Shown: piece after piece, positions 47,766 through 60,600 of the stretch
How the letters are laid out: each line of letters opens with the position of its first letter
Position numbering within the stretch: the first letter of the stretch is position 1
From: Podarcis bocagei
Lineage: Eukaryota
DNA: 64,000 nt
Strand: one strand, 5' to 3'
NCBI GenBank assembly: GCA_964188305.1
Contig: OZ076898.1
Translations under genes and position numbers: made by a program
The notes under the pieces: model-generated
What the model saw: only the letters and a program-made list of their open reading frames with translations
The model's database searches: none
Told to the model about the DNA's origin: nothing

Positions 47766-50439
47766 TGCCCAATAAGGAATGCATTCCCACCCACCAGGGT
47801 TCTCTTCACCCTCTACACAACCCAGCATGCAACCACTACTTGCCTGGCAGCAGGGGGGATGCCCCCCTCAGTATTAGGGGGACTTGCCCCTTGCTCAAAT
47901 ATATTGAGGGTGCTAAAGCCCCTTGTTCCTTGTGGGGGAAAGCCCTCCTCCCACACACTGTACACATATGCACTGAGTCCCAGTTTGCAAAACCAATAGC
48001 GATTTCAATTTATACTTGATTCCACACATCAATGCATTGTCTTCATTTGCAATTTGTTCCCATTTTGCACCATGGGCAGGTGGTTCTCCAGATGTTGTGT
48101 GTCGAGACCCCAAAACCACCCCCTATTTGAAGAATAACCCACACAAGGACACAGATATTAAGTTAATGTTTTGGGGCAAAATTTGGCCACACCTTTATTG
48201 CGTGATTACAGAATGTGAGCGGTATTGGCTTAGGCATTCAATGGACCCGACTATATCTGACTCCTGCCCATTGCGCACAGAGTCCAGTAAGGGTAAACCA
48301 CCAGAAGGGGGAGCCCTGTCGATGCATACCAACTCGAGCTCCCCCAGATGTTCCCGTCGGGGTTGTGTCATGGCTGTAGCCCTGCCCCGGGCTTCGGACA
48401 AGATCCACACCCCCGGATTCCTTTAACAAAATACCCTTAAGCTTGAAGGTGCAGGTGATGGCCACACCTCACCTCCCCCATTATAAGGTCAAACAATGCC
48501 TAACCACCACCCTAACAAAGTTGTGACGATTGCTACGAGGTAGGCAAAAACCAAATGGCTTGTGCCAATTTGCCAAGTGGAAAAATTCCTACCAGGCCCC
48601 TCAACGGCAACCAACCAAGCTCCATAGCAAGGCCAATGACTAAAACCTGAAAAATAGGGAGGGAGGATGGGAGATTGAGGAAGCGAGCAAAGAGGAAGCC
48701 CCTGGCTCACGCCTCAGCCTAAATGGTCCTGGCCACACCCCCACCAGCCAGCGGATTGGCTGGCTGGCTGCTGACGTGGCTGGGATCCCCGGGCAATGTG
48801 GGACTTCGTCCCTGCCCCCAGAGGAGAGTGGGTGGCCACGTGCTCCACCACAACTCCTCCCCATGTTGAATTGGAGTGGATCTGTCAGACTTGGCTACTG
48901 CAAAGTTTAAAAGAGGTAAAGGAATGAGTCTCATTGCACTCAATTAAACGTAACTCAGAGTAGACATGTATAGGACTGCCATGCAAGCGATAGAATTTAA
49001 TGACCAGATTTGAATGGACGCTCTATGTATTAAAGGGGCATATCAACCGTGTTTGCAGGCCTGCGTAGTGTTTGGGAAGATGTGCCACGGGATTCTCCTC
49101 ATCCCAGCAATCTTTTGTTTGAAAGTTCAACGACGCTTTTCCTCTGTGGTGTGACAATCCTGTTGCTCTTGGGATACCCAAATAACATAACAAAAGAACG
49201 AACTCTTAATGAAGCAGAGGAAAGGCCCAAAGGGATTGGAAGAGTCCTTGAGTGATAAAACCCACAGCCTTTATTATCTTGCCTTTATTACTATATCCAC
49301 AAACCTTTGGGAATCTGGGGAGCAAAAACCTGACAATTAAACCATGCGGTGACTGTGGCCTTAAAAGGCTTTGCAAATTGGAAGTGGTATTGTTGTCAGG
49401 AGAAAACGCTGTAGCACATGGGCTTTTTTCATAGCAGTTGAACCAGAGAACTGGAATGATGGCTCTTCCCTGCTTTGACAAGTATAGTTTTATCTTTGTT
49501 TATGACAGAATGGTATACTATGCAGGAAGTCAGAGAATCCAGTAGCCCTTGAGTGCCCAGCACTCAAATAAAAAAAAAAATCACTACTTGGGGGAAACCA
49601 CTGATCAGAGGAAGAACAGAGTTTTTGCACGTATGAAGTCTGTGACATCTCCATTTAAGGGACCACAGCTTAGAAGCCATAGAAGGCCATCTGCCCAAGA
49701 CTGGAGAACAGTGATAGAGTTTGTCTCCATGCAAAGCAAGCATCTCACAATGTGGCTTGTTTACTATTGGGAAGTACAGTAAGATTGTGGAGCAGTGCTT
49801 TCGAAACTGTGTCATGACATGCTAGCGTGTCAGCTGTAGTGTGTAGGTGTTTGCGCAAACCCACCTCCTGGGACTGGAATGGGGTTAGGTTAACCTCCAT
49901 TTTGCTAGTAAAGCTGAATCACTGTATTGTGAGATGATGCATGTGTAAAAAGTGTGTCACCAACATGAAAAGTTTGGAAAGCTCTGTTGTGGAGGAATGT
50001 TCTCATCTTGTTTTTGTTTGTTTTTTAGCTCTTATTCTTTCAGACTGGTGGAACCTGGACTGGTACCTAGGGATGCCACCTCTGGTCAGGCAAAAGATGA
50101 GAAACGTGGAGGGGGGAATTGGGCTGACTAAAGATTACTTTACCTAGTGCAGAATGTAATGACTTCAAAGCAAACCATTACAAAGGGTTGTTTCCAATAC
50201 TGGTCATACTCATAGAGTAGACCCAATGAAATTTATGAATCTAAGTTAGTAATGGAGCACTGGAAAATGAAGTCTTCTATAGGAACCAAATTCTCTCTCT
50301 CTTATCTTCATAGATTGCTTTGGGATTCATTGTGCCCTTTCAGGAACCAAAGAGTAACTTTTCATTGTTAAGGCTGTCTCCAAGAAAATCAGACTATCTC
50401 CAGCAGCGGCACATTGTCTCTGCAGCTAAGCAGAGCAGA

Positions 50440-51372
50440 ATGACACCTGAAAACCAAACCTCCGTCCGAGAGTTCATCTTGGTGGGACTCAGCAGTCACC
50501 GCACAACCCAGCTTCTCCTCTTCTTCATGATTCTCCTCGTATATTCACTTACCCTTATGGGGAACCTGGTGATCATCATGCTTGTGCAGGCTGACCCTAG
50601 ACTCCAGACGCCCATGTACTTCTTCCTGACTCACCTCTCCGTCTTGGAGATCTGCTACACCACCAGCACCGTGCCCCAAATGCTAGCTCACCTGCTCTCC
50701 GGAAATGGAGCCATCTCCCACACTCGTTGCACAATCCAAATGTACACCACCATGACGCTAGGTGGCACCGAGTGCTTCCTGCTGGCTGTCATGGCCTATG
50801 ACCGCTTCCTGGCCATCTGCCATCCACTATTATATACCATCGCCATGGACAGGAGCCGCCAATGGCAGCTTACTTCAGCTTCCTGGATCATTTGCTGCCT
50901 CATTGCAGCATTGAACATAGGCTGCACATTCCAACATCCCTACTGTGGCCCCAACCACGTCAACCACTTCTTCTGCGAGCTACCATTGGTGCTGAAGCTC
51001 GCATGCAACAACACCTATGTAACAGAAACCATTGTTTTCTGGACCTCTGTGGTGGTCCTCCTCTGTCCTCTCTCTGTTGTCTTAACCTCCTATGGACTCA
51101 TTCTGTCGTCTGTGTTACAAATGGGATCAAGGGCTGGTTGGCGCAAGGCTTTCTCCACCTGTGCCTCCCACTTGGCTGTGGTCAGTTTGTACTACGGCAC
51201 CCTCATCTTCATGTACTTGAAGCCAGTCTCAGCCAACGCTCCCAACCAGGACAAGCAAATTGCTTTCTTTTACATTGTGGTCACCCCCCTGCTCAACCCG
51301 GTCATTTACACCTTGCGTAACAAGGACGTCCATGGGGCCGTGGCCAGGGTGATGAAAAAAAACAAACTTTAA
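50440..51372 (+). CDS. Olfactory receptor, class II, 310 aa (OR-3)
   Basis: ATG at 50440 (MTPENQTSV) follows acceptor tctctgcag ending at 50425. Motifs LQTPMYFFL, MAYDRFLAIC, KAFSTCASHL, PLLNPVIYTLRNKD. The ORF-track start at 50320 is a non-ATG extension. Confidence 0.95.
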   Translation: MTPENQTSVREFILVGLSSHRTTQLLLFFMILLVYSLTLMGNLVIIMLVQADPRLQTPMYFFLTHLSVLEICYTTSTVPQMLAHLLSGNGAISHTRCTIQMYTTMTLGGTECFLLAVMAYDRFLAICHPLLYTIAMDRSRQWQLTSASWIICCLIAALNIGCTFQHPYCGPNHVNHFFCELPLVLKLACNNTYVTETIVFWTSVVVLLCPLSVVLTSYGLILSSVLQMGSRAGWRKAFSTCASHLAVVSLYYGTLIFMYLKPVSANAPNQDKQIAFFYIVVTPLLNPVIYTLRNKDVHGAVARVMKKNKL

Positions 51373-53249
51373 ATGGCAAAGTTTAGCACTGGTGTCTTTC
51401 TTAATCAGTCCTGCCATTGTCCCAGGGGTCTGTCAGTCACTTGCCATGACGATTACATCACAATTGCTGGATTGAGAGGGTATTGATTCTCTGCTCAGAT
51501 GTTCACACTCTGGACTGGTGGCGGTGCGGTATTATATTATCATCCCTGACTTACCCAGGTGGTCACTGCCTTCCGCAGGAGGGCTTCTCCTTAAATTCTC
51601 CAAAATGCAAGAAATCCATTCCACAGTAACTCAGAGAACCATTCATAAGACAGTGCTCCTTTGCAAAAGGAAACAAAGCTGGCTAACTCTTAGCATATTT
51701 GTTAAAACAGAAACAACGTAATAATTTGGTCCAAAAATTAAAGACCAATGAGGGTAAGTTGATTGCAAGATCTGAAGATGTTACAAATGAATTTTTAAAA
51801 AGATCTGAGAAATTATGAAAAAATATGGAAAATTAAATTTCATGTCTAACCTAATCTGAATCTGATAAACTCCAATCTCATATAACATTCTCTAAACTCC
51901 ACAGAGTGGTCAATAAGTTTTAAAAATGCAAAGTCTCCAGATAAGATAGTTTCGCAGCTGAGTAGTATAACTAATTTTTGAATGAATTAAAACACTCTTT
52001 GTCAGAGACATTAAATGAAATTATGGTAAGTCATGTTTTTGCTAAAACATGGGAAATGGCAAGAATAGTGGTAATAAATAAAGATCTTTCTAAATCCAGT
52101 GGTAATATCATATAGCACTCCTGAATCAGGACTTTAAAATATGGAGCTCAATTCTAGGAAATAGATTAGATACAGTAATGCATAAATAGCAGAAGATAAA
52201 ACCCGGTTCATTAGGGGGCATAAACACTCTTCAAACATACATGTGTTAAATATTCATGCTATATAAAGAATGAAACCAAAACATTCGGCAAGTGAGCCAT
52301 TTCCAGATCCAAGGTACGACTGTAATATGATGCCACAATGTTACCACACTTACTATGATGGTATCATCCAGATCGTTCAACTGTACTGGAACGGAGTCTA
52401 CAGAGTTAAGCAAATGCATTGTATTGCTCAGAATTAGACAAAGGCATAATTAAAACCAAGCATTGTACCAAAATACTGCTTGAAATTTGGAAGAAATTCC
52501 AACCTATGAAAACCTGCAGAGCATGACTGAGAGGCAAGGGTGAGTTGAGGAATGGAAAACTGGGTGAAGGGAGAAGTCGCAGCAATCAGCAACACCCCAG
52601 ACTGCAGTCTGTATGGGAAAACCCAACCGGAAGACCAATTGTATAACGAGGAGGTAGTGATTCTAACATGGTTACCCTTCCTGCCTCTGCTCCTTCCCCC
52701 TCCCTTGCAGTTGCTAAGTTTTTGAAGGTGTGAGAACCTTCTCTGGTGTCAAAATCAGTTGAGAATAGCTGAAGCCCCACTCACAGCTACCTGAATCAGT
52801 CTAGGAAAACAATGCTGGGAACCTTCTCTGATGTCTGAAATTGTTACTGGAGGGAGGGCATTGAAAGGAGGTGGCTATCTATAAAAATCAGATGGTTTGA
52901 GCAGAGAAACTTAGAAGCTTGTGCACGGACTGATTGGCTGCAGGGCAATGCAATCCAAGGCTACCTGAGGGAGTCACTTCACCACTTCTTTGAGGGCTTC
53001 CAAGTGACAGATAGAACTGCATGTCCTGGTATGTATATATATGTATTGCTTGCTATTTAGGAATAAAATCCACTTCTCACCCACTTGTGTTTCATATTGC
53101 TTCTGAATCTTAAACAAAACAACCACCTTGCATTTGGCAAGACACATTCTTTGGCTGCATATCACACTAGTTCTATTAAATACTCATGAGGAAACAGCCA
53201 CAGCCAATTAAATAATAGAAACACTTCAGAAGGCAGAGACAGCTATGTG

Positions 53250-53255
53250 TTTATT
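53250..53255 (-). terminator. Candidate polyadenylation signal (AATAAA) of the CYLD-like gene
   Basis: tttatt on +, about 1.4 kb past the stop and followed on - by T/GT-rich sequence; positional inference only. Confidence 0.35.
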
Positions 53256-54684
53256 TTAAAGCTTATAAACCACCCTTTCAGCAAAAGCTCTCAGGCTAGC
53301 ATGCCTTGAAAGCAATGCACACAAATACATTGAAATTCAAATGCACAGTACAAAAATGTTGGCCTTTACACGACAACAATAAAAAATGCACAGAAACCTG
53401 AAAACCCAGCTACACAAAATGCTGGAATACCTGAACAATTCTGCCTTAGCCTGGTGCTGGGAGGACAAAAGTGGTACCAGACAAGCTTCTTTGGAGAGGG
53501 AATTCTAATTATGAAGCACCACAGGTGAAAGACGCCCTCCAGTCAGTTCTCACCTGAACTTCAGATAGCAGGAAGACTTGGTCAACGTCCACCAGCTAGG
53601 ACAGCAAGGTTCACACAGGTTTGTGTGGCACGAGGGTGTCCTTCACAATACAGTAATTTAGGATCAATGAATACATACTATTCAAAGTGGGCAGGAAGGA
53701 GGAGAGCACGGAGGTGGCCACAGGTAACATAAACAGAAGTCACTGACACACAAAGTGCCTATGTCAGTGGAATGTTTCAAGCAGCTGTGAGGAACCTGTG
53801 GCCCTCCAGATGTTGCTGGTCTCAAACTCCCATCAGCTCCAGCAAGTCCATGACTGGGGATGAAGGGAATTCGAGTAACAACATCTGGATGGACCACAGG
53901 TGCCCTGTTCCTGGTCTGAAGGGGTGGAAAGCAGTTTTTCTGTCCATGTAGAGCAGCTACCACCAATACTCTGGAGCAAGGGGAAAGACTCCAGTGATGT
54001 CTTGTCATATAGACAGGACTTGGGCCCAATGGCTGAATGCGGTCCTCTGGTCCTGGCTATATGGCCCTCAAGATGCCCCCACCAGGCCGTGTCTTTTTAT
54101 AAAGCGGCACTACATCTCCCAAGCCACAACCCTCATTGGCCCAGTTTCACTCCCTCATGTGCTTCTTACTGTCTGGAAAGCACTTCTGAATTTCTGAGGC
54201 TGCTTCTCACACGAGTAGTGTGAGTGTGTGTGTAGCAACCTCCAAGGCATGGCAATTTTTTTTTTTGTGAATGAGAAAAGTGCTCCAACTACTTTTGCCT
54301 AACCACAGACATGTGGCCCCAGAAAATTTGCCCATGAGGAAATGTAACCCTTGGGTTGAAAAGGACGAGAGAGAAAACACCGCCACCCCCAACCTAAATT
54401 AAGAAGTTTGCATAGGCCTGTCTCTAAAAACCAGTGTGCAATGCATCCAATCCAGGTAGGGAATACTGCAAGCCAATCAGGACAGAGAATGTTCCTGAAG
54501 CAGGAAGCGGGCTCTGTGAAGCTATAGCGCACATTTCCACACTGTTTGTTGCGGGCTGGGAATCTGCACAACTCTGGTTTGAGACTCAGGTTCCCAGCCA
54601 CAACTACAGCATAACCTGTCCAGGCATGGGAATCCTAGAATTCTGTATTTCCATCTCCTGGAACCTCACATTCTTCACCCTGTA

Positions 54685-57600
54685 TTATTTGTACAGGCCA
54701 AGGGAAGGGCTGTGGTAGAAGCACATGTAGGCATCACAAAGCAGCCGGCGGGCATACGTGGGCAAGGATTTGGGATCCAGGCCTTGTAGTGCCTCAGGGG
54801 GCATTGCCAAATAGTCCGCTACTTCCGAGCAGGGCGTGACTTGGGGAATGTTAAAGCCATTCAGCCCACCTGGAAAAATAAGGAAATTAATAGGGTTAGG
54901 AGGAGGGGAAGAAGACAAGGAGAAAAAGAAAGCAAAAGTCTCCCCAAAAAGTGTATCTACATGGGGGGAAATAACTATTAATTCGTTCAGTTTATATCCC
55001 ACCCTTCAGGCAATACGCTCTGTTGAAAGCTGCTCGAGTGGCTGGGGAAAGAAATAATAACAATAACAATAACAATTATTATTCTGATCAGCAGGCCCAA
55101 GAAGCTCAGTGGTTTAGACCACAGCACTGCGCCACCCACACCCCTTTTTCCTAGTTTATGACAGGAAGTAGCTCTGGGTGTTCTTCCAAACTGTGGGATG
55201 TAAACACAGGAGCAGTCAATGACAACATTCCTAGAGTGTACATGTTAGAACATGGGGAGGGATGTCTGTCCAGCAAGCAGGTAAACTTCCTGGGGACGGA
55301 CTTCCTCCGCATGTGACCAGAGGTGGGTGTGGCCTCACCTGTGCAGGTAATGACAAAAGCACAGGGCAGGCAGCCATCTCTCTCTCTCTGCCATCACCTT
55401 TCGAAGAAGCAGGATGCCCTCTTGGCTCTCAGCCAAGAGAGGAGAGGGCTATCTTCCTATAACAGTGTTTCCCAACCTTTTTTGGGCAAAGGCACACTTG
55501 TTTGATGAAAAAAATCTCGAGGCACACCACCATTACAGCCCCATGACGTCAGCGCGCAGCGTCACGCCGGGAGGGACGCACGAAAGTGTAAGTTTCAATT
55601 TTTTTCCCTCCCCCTTGCCGGGGAACCTCCAAGCTTTGGGGGGGGGAGGCAGCAAAGTGAGGCAGGAAGGAGAGCGCGGCTTGGCTGGGTGAGCTTTGGC
55701 AGGGGCAGGGAATGAGAGCCGCGAGGCGGGCGCTGCGGACGGAGGCGCTGCCCGCCGAACTCGCAGGCAGGCAGACGGCGAGAGCCCCGCGCTGGGCGGC
55801 CTCTCCTCGCCGCCGCCGCCCCGCCTCTCGCCGCCCGACTCGCCCGCCTCCCTCCAGGCAACATCTCGCGGCACACCAGGCAACATCTCACGGCACACTA
55901 GTGTGCCGCGGAACAGTGGTTGGGAAACACTGTCCTATAAGATAGATTCTAAGTGTATTTTACCTTTTTAAGCCTGTCTGCCATCTGGGATCATACTGTG
56001 AACAGATCGTGAGTAAACTCTTTTATACTTTTATAAAGACTGTGTTGTGTCTTGTATTTTAAGAGGGAACAAAGGGGAAATTACCAGAGTAATTATTATA
56101 GAGGTTCTAGCGAACCTGTGCACACGTTACCGTTGCGTACTTAAAGGGGAATGTATATAAACTCTGCTGATATTTTGGGAACTTGTTAGCACAAGTTGGA
56201 TAAGGATATAATTAGTCAATATATCCTCTCCTGCACCCCAGAAGATTCCCACACAAACAGGCAGGATAAGGCCACTCACCCTCACGGTCAGCCATACTGT
56301 CAAAGAAGAGCCACTGGTGGACATCTGGGCCATGGCGGGTAAACGCTACATAGTGGCTGGTCTCGATGCAAAGGACGCCGAAGAGTTGCATGGTCTGGCG
56401 GGGGATGAAGTCCGGCAAGGAGGCCAAGCGGGAAAGCTCCTCGGGGAGATGCAGTGGGCGAGGTTGGTGGCTGCGCCGGGCACGGTGTTTGTGGACCTAC
56501 AGAGGGCAGGAAATGAGGTAGAAAAAAGAAGGAAGGTCTTCTCCCACACTCATAATACAGTGGCACCTCGGGTTAAGAACTTAATTCGTTCTGGAGGTCC
56601 GTACTTAACCTGAAACTGTTCTTAACCTGAAGCACCTCCTGCTGCCACCAGAGCACAATTTCTGTTCTCATCCTGAGGCAAAGTTCTTAACCTGAGGTAC
56701 TATTTCTGGGTTAGCGGAGTCTGTAACCTGAAGCGTATGTAACCTGAAGTGTATGTAACCCGAGGTACCACTGTACTAGAAACTCGGACATCCAGCGAAG
56801 CTGCATATTGGAAGGCAGGCAAAATAAAGTGCTTTTCCACACAGAACGTGCGGATATGATATTCCCAAAACCACAAGAGAGAAAAGAGCTCTTGTGCAGT
56901 GGTTGGCCACTGCAGGAACAGGAAGCTAGACTAGATGGGTCACTTGCCCATTCCAGCAGGACAAATAATAATAATAATAATATATTTATACCCCACCCAT
57001 CTAGCTGGGTTTCCCCAGCCACTCTGGGCATCTCCCAACAGAATATTAAAAGCGTGATAAAACATCAAATATTAAAAACTTCCCTAAACAGGGCTGCCTT
57101 CAGATGTCTTCTAAAAGTCAAGATAGTTGTTTATTTCCCTGACATCTGGTGGGAAGGTGTTCCACAGGGCAGGCCCCACTACTATTATTTAGGATGGAGT
57201 TCGAGAGGTGGAGGGTCCCTGAGTTTCGGCATCGCACAGGGCATGACTGAAATTAGAGACTCCAAGGTCTATCCCCGACCCCAAGCTGGCACTCTTTTAT
57301 CACACCGTTAATGTGGTGGGCTGAGTACGCTAAAGTGATACCTTAAGACTGGAGCATTTGAAAGTTTTCTGAGAAGAGAGGGGGTGGCAGAGAGAGGCAA
57401 TTTACTGTATTTTTCGCACCATAGGGCGCACCTGACCATAGGGCGCACCTAGTTTTCAGAGGGGGAAATCAAGGAAAAAAATATGATTCCCCTCCCCCCA
57501 GCTCTGGGAGCAGCGGACAGGCTGCAGGCAGCCTGTGCGATTCTCCCAGACCTTCGTCCTGCTTTTGCGGGAGGTGGGGGAATTCCCCCACCTCCCGCAG

Positions 57601-60600
57601 AAGCCGCGCAACCCCTTTAAAGAGTGCGCGGCTTCTCCTGGCTTTTCTGAAAGGTGGAGGAATTCTCTCACCTCCCACAAAAGCCGCACACTCTTTAAAG
57701 GGTGTGCGGCTCCTGTGGGCTTTTCTACGAGGTGGGAGAAGGGACTGATGCGGCCAGTCAGTCCCTTCTCCCTCCTGTGGAAAAGCCCGCAAGAGCGCAC
57801 GGAGCTTGTGTGCGGCTCTTGGGGGCTTTTCCCGCCTGCCTCCCCCCTGCATTCGCTCCATAGGACGCACACACATTTTCCCTTGCTTTTTAGGAGGGAA
57901 AAAGTGCGTCCTATGGTGCGAAAAATACGGTAGCTTCTTTCAGAAGCAGCGGCCACATGCTGAATGGCGCACTGGCCTGTTGGGAGGGAGAGCATGACTT
58001 GACTTCACCCTAAACAGGAACACACCTGCTAGGAAGCGAGGGTGCGCTGCAATATTTTGTTGGAGGTTGAGCTTGTTCATGTTGATGGATTAAACTCATC
58101 CTTAATCCATTTGGCTGCCCAATCCCAAGATAAATAATAATAATAATAATAATTTATTTATACCCCACCCATCTGGGCAGCTCCCAACCTAATATTAAAA
58201 ACACAATCAAACACAGTCATTAAAAAATTATCTTAAAAGGGCTGCCTTCAGTTGTTTTCTAAAAGTCAGATAGTTGTTTATTTCCCTGTTGGGAGGGCAT
58301 TCCACAGGGTGGGTGCCACTACGGAGAAGGCCCTCTGCCTGGTTCCCTATAACCTCTCCTCTTTCAGTGAGGGAACCGCCAGAAGGCCCTCGGCGCTGGA
58401 CCTCAGTGTCCCGGCAGAATGATGGGGGTGGAGATGCTCCTTCAGGTATACTGGGCCAAGGCCGTTTAGGGCTTTAAAGGTCAGCACCAACACTTTGAAT
58501 TGTGCTGGGAAACGTACTGGGAGCAATGTAGGTCTTTCAGGACTGGTGTTATATGGTCTCGATGGCCACTCCCAATCACCAGTCTGGCTGCCACATTCTG
58601 GATTACATTCTTCAACTCCCCAATACATATTTGGGCTAAAGGTGAGATTCCCTGGTCTGAAAGGGTTTGAGGCGACTGGACTAGACAGGCTACAATCTCC
58701 CTATGACTCATTTTCACTCAACGATATTGCAGAATTCTCTGTGAACTGCTTAAAAGACTATTTCTGTATAAGCGGTATACAGATAACATGAAATCAATGA
58801 AATTCTATCCCGCTCTGATAAGCTGGTGACCAACCCCACAGTACCTGCTGACTGCAAAGCTTGCAGAACTGCTTGATGTGATGAGCGCCGAAGCTGTGGT
58901 CCCTGTAGCAATCCGGACACTCAGTCACAGCCAGCCCTTGGCAAATGCAGCACTCTCGGGGGCCTGCAAGAGGTTGATTGGAAACATTTGGGTCAGTCAA
59001 AGAAGTGGAAGTCTTGGGTTAAAGACACAAATAGCCTAAAAACACACACGCACAACAACTACAGTGGTCCCTCGGGTTACATATGCTTTAGGTTACAAAC
59101 TCCGCTAACCCAGAAATAGTGCTTCAGGTTAAGAAATTTGCTTCAGGATAAGAACAGAAATCGTGCTCCGGCGGCGCAGCGGCAGTAGGAGGCCCCATTA
59201 GCTAAAGTGGTGCTTCAGGTTAAGAACAGTTTCAGGTTAAGAACAGACCTCCGGAACGAATTAAGTACTTAACCCGAGGTACCACTGTATAGCGATGGTA
59301 AACTAGAAGCACTTCCACTGCACACATTCCAAAAATGCCTTTCCTCTCCAGGATTGGAACTCTTGACAAAAACCTTTCTGTTCTGCAAGTTTGACTAAGA
59401 AGCCTTTTTCCCCTAACAGATAAAACGAAGTCCCTTCTTCACCCAACTTTATTTCTAGAACTCAATTATCAGAAGTTTGTGTTTTTTCCAAGGAGCTCAA
59501 AGTGGCTGAAATATAGTGAGGGGGTTGTTGTTGTTGTTTTGGTAATGTTTCCTCCTTCTCCATTCCTGAACACTTGTAGTTTTCTCCCTCCAACATAGAC
59601 CTCTTTATTTCAGGAGTTGGGAACCCAATTTTCTAAGGCCATGTTCCTTTGAGTAACCTCCCAGGGGCAAAAAGCCAAATGTCTGTGGCTTTATTCCCCA
59701 CCAGCCCTGCAGTGGCTTTCTTTTCCAGGAGTAAAACACCTTCTTTGTTCTTTTAACCACCAGTCTATTCATTTATTCTCTCTCTTTCTCTCTCTCTCTC
59801 CCTCTCTCTCACACACACCCTTCCTTCCTTCCTTCCTCACACTCACACACTAGCCCCCAGGATCTTGCCCACTATGGAATGTGTCCCTTGGACTAAAGAA
59901 TGGCTTCCCATCCTTTCTGTAAATTCTTGTTTAGCTTCCAGAGGGCTTCACCACCACTTACTGTCTTCCAGAAGGTCAGTGAGGTCAAGTTCCAGGCTGG
60001 GCTGTATGGTGCGAAAGGCCTTGAAGTTCTTCCCATTCCGTGGCATCTGCAGGATGAGGCAAGAAGGGGCCTGCCAGGGAGTAAGGAAGCACGGGGAATG
60101 GGAGAAGAGGGAGAATGGATGGGAGTTATTGATAGGGCCCTTTCCATAACATTCACCACACAAATGAGGTCTCCTTAAACACAGGTGACCTCCATTTTTG
60201 GAACCTGTTTATGGTCTCTTGCAGCAACATGCATGGTGGTGGGGAACTTGATCCCAACCATCTTTCCAGTCCTTGAACTCACCTCTGTGAACTTGAGGTC
60301 CCCAGTGACCAGAGACCCCTCCAGAAGCTCCTGGACTGTGGGCACTGTCCGGGTCAGGTGATCCTCAATAAATATCTGGTAGAAAATGCAGCCGTGGGGG
60401 TCCTGACCAGCAGAGCTTCATGGAATGAGGATAAAATAAAGGTGAGAAGACATCAACATCTAAGTGAGCCACCTATCCCATCTACTCATAGTTCACTCTA
60501 CCCTTTCCTCCAATCTCTCCCCCCCCCCAATTCACCCACAATTCCCCTTCAAAGGAGGTGGGGAGCTAAAACGCTGTGTGGAGTGTCTCCCCACCCTCCA

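Noticed and set aside
47603-47999. ORFs with ERER/SLSL runs (also IYIY at 16812-17069)
   Set aside because: Translations of microsatellites.
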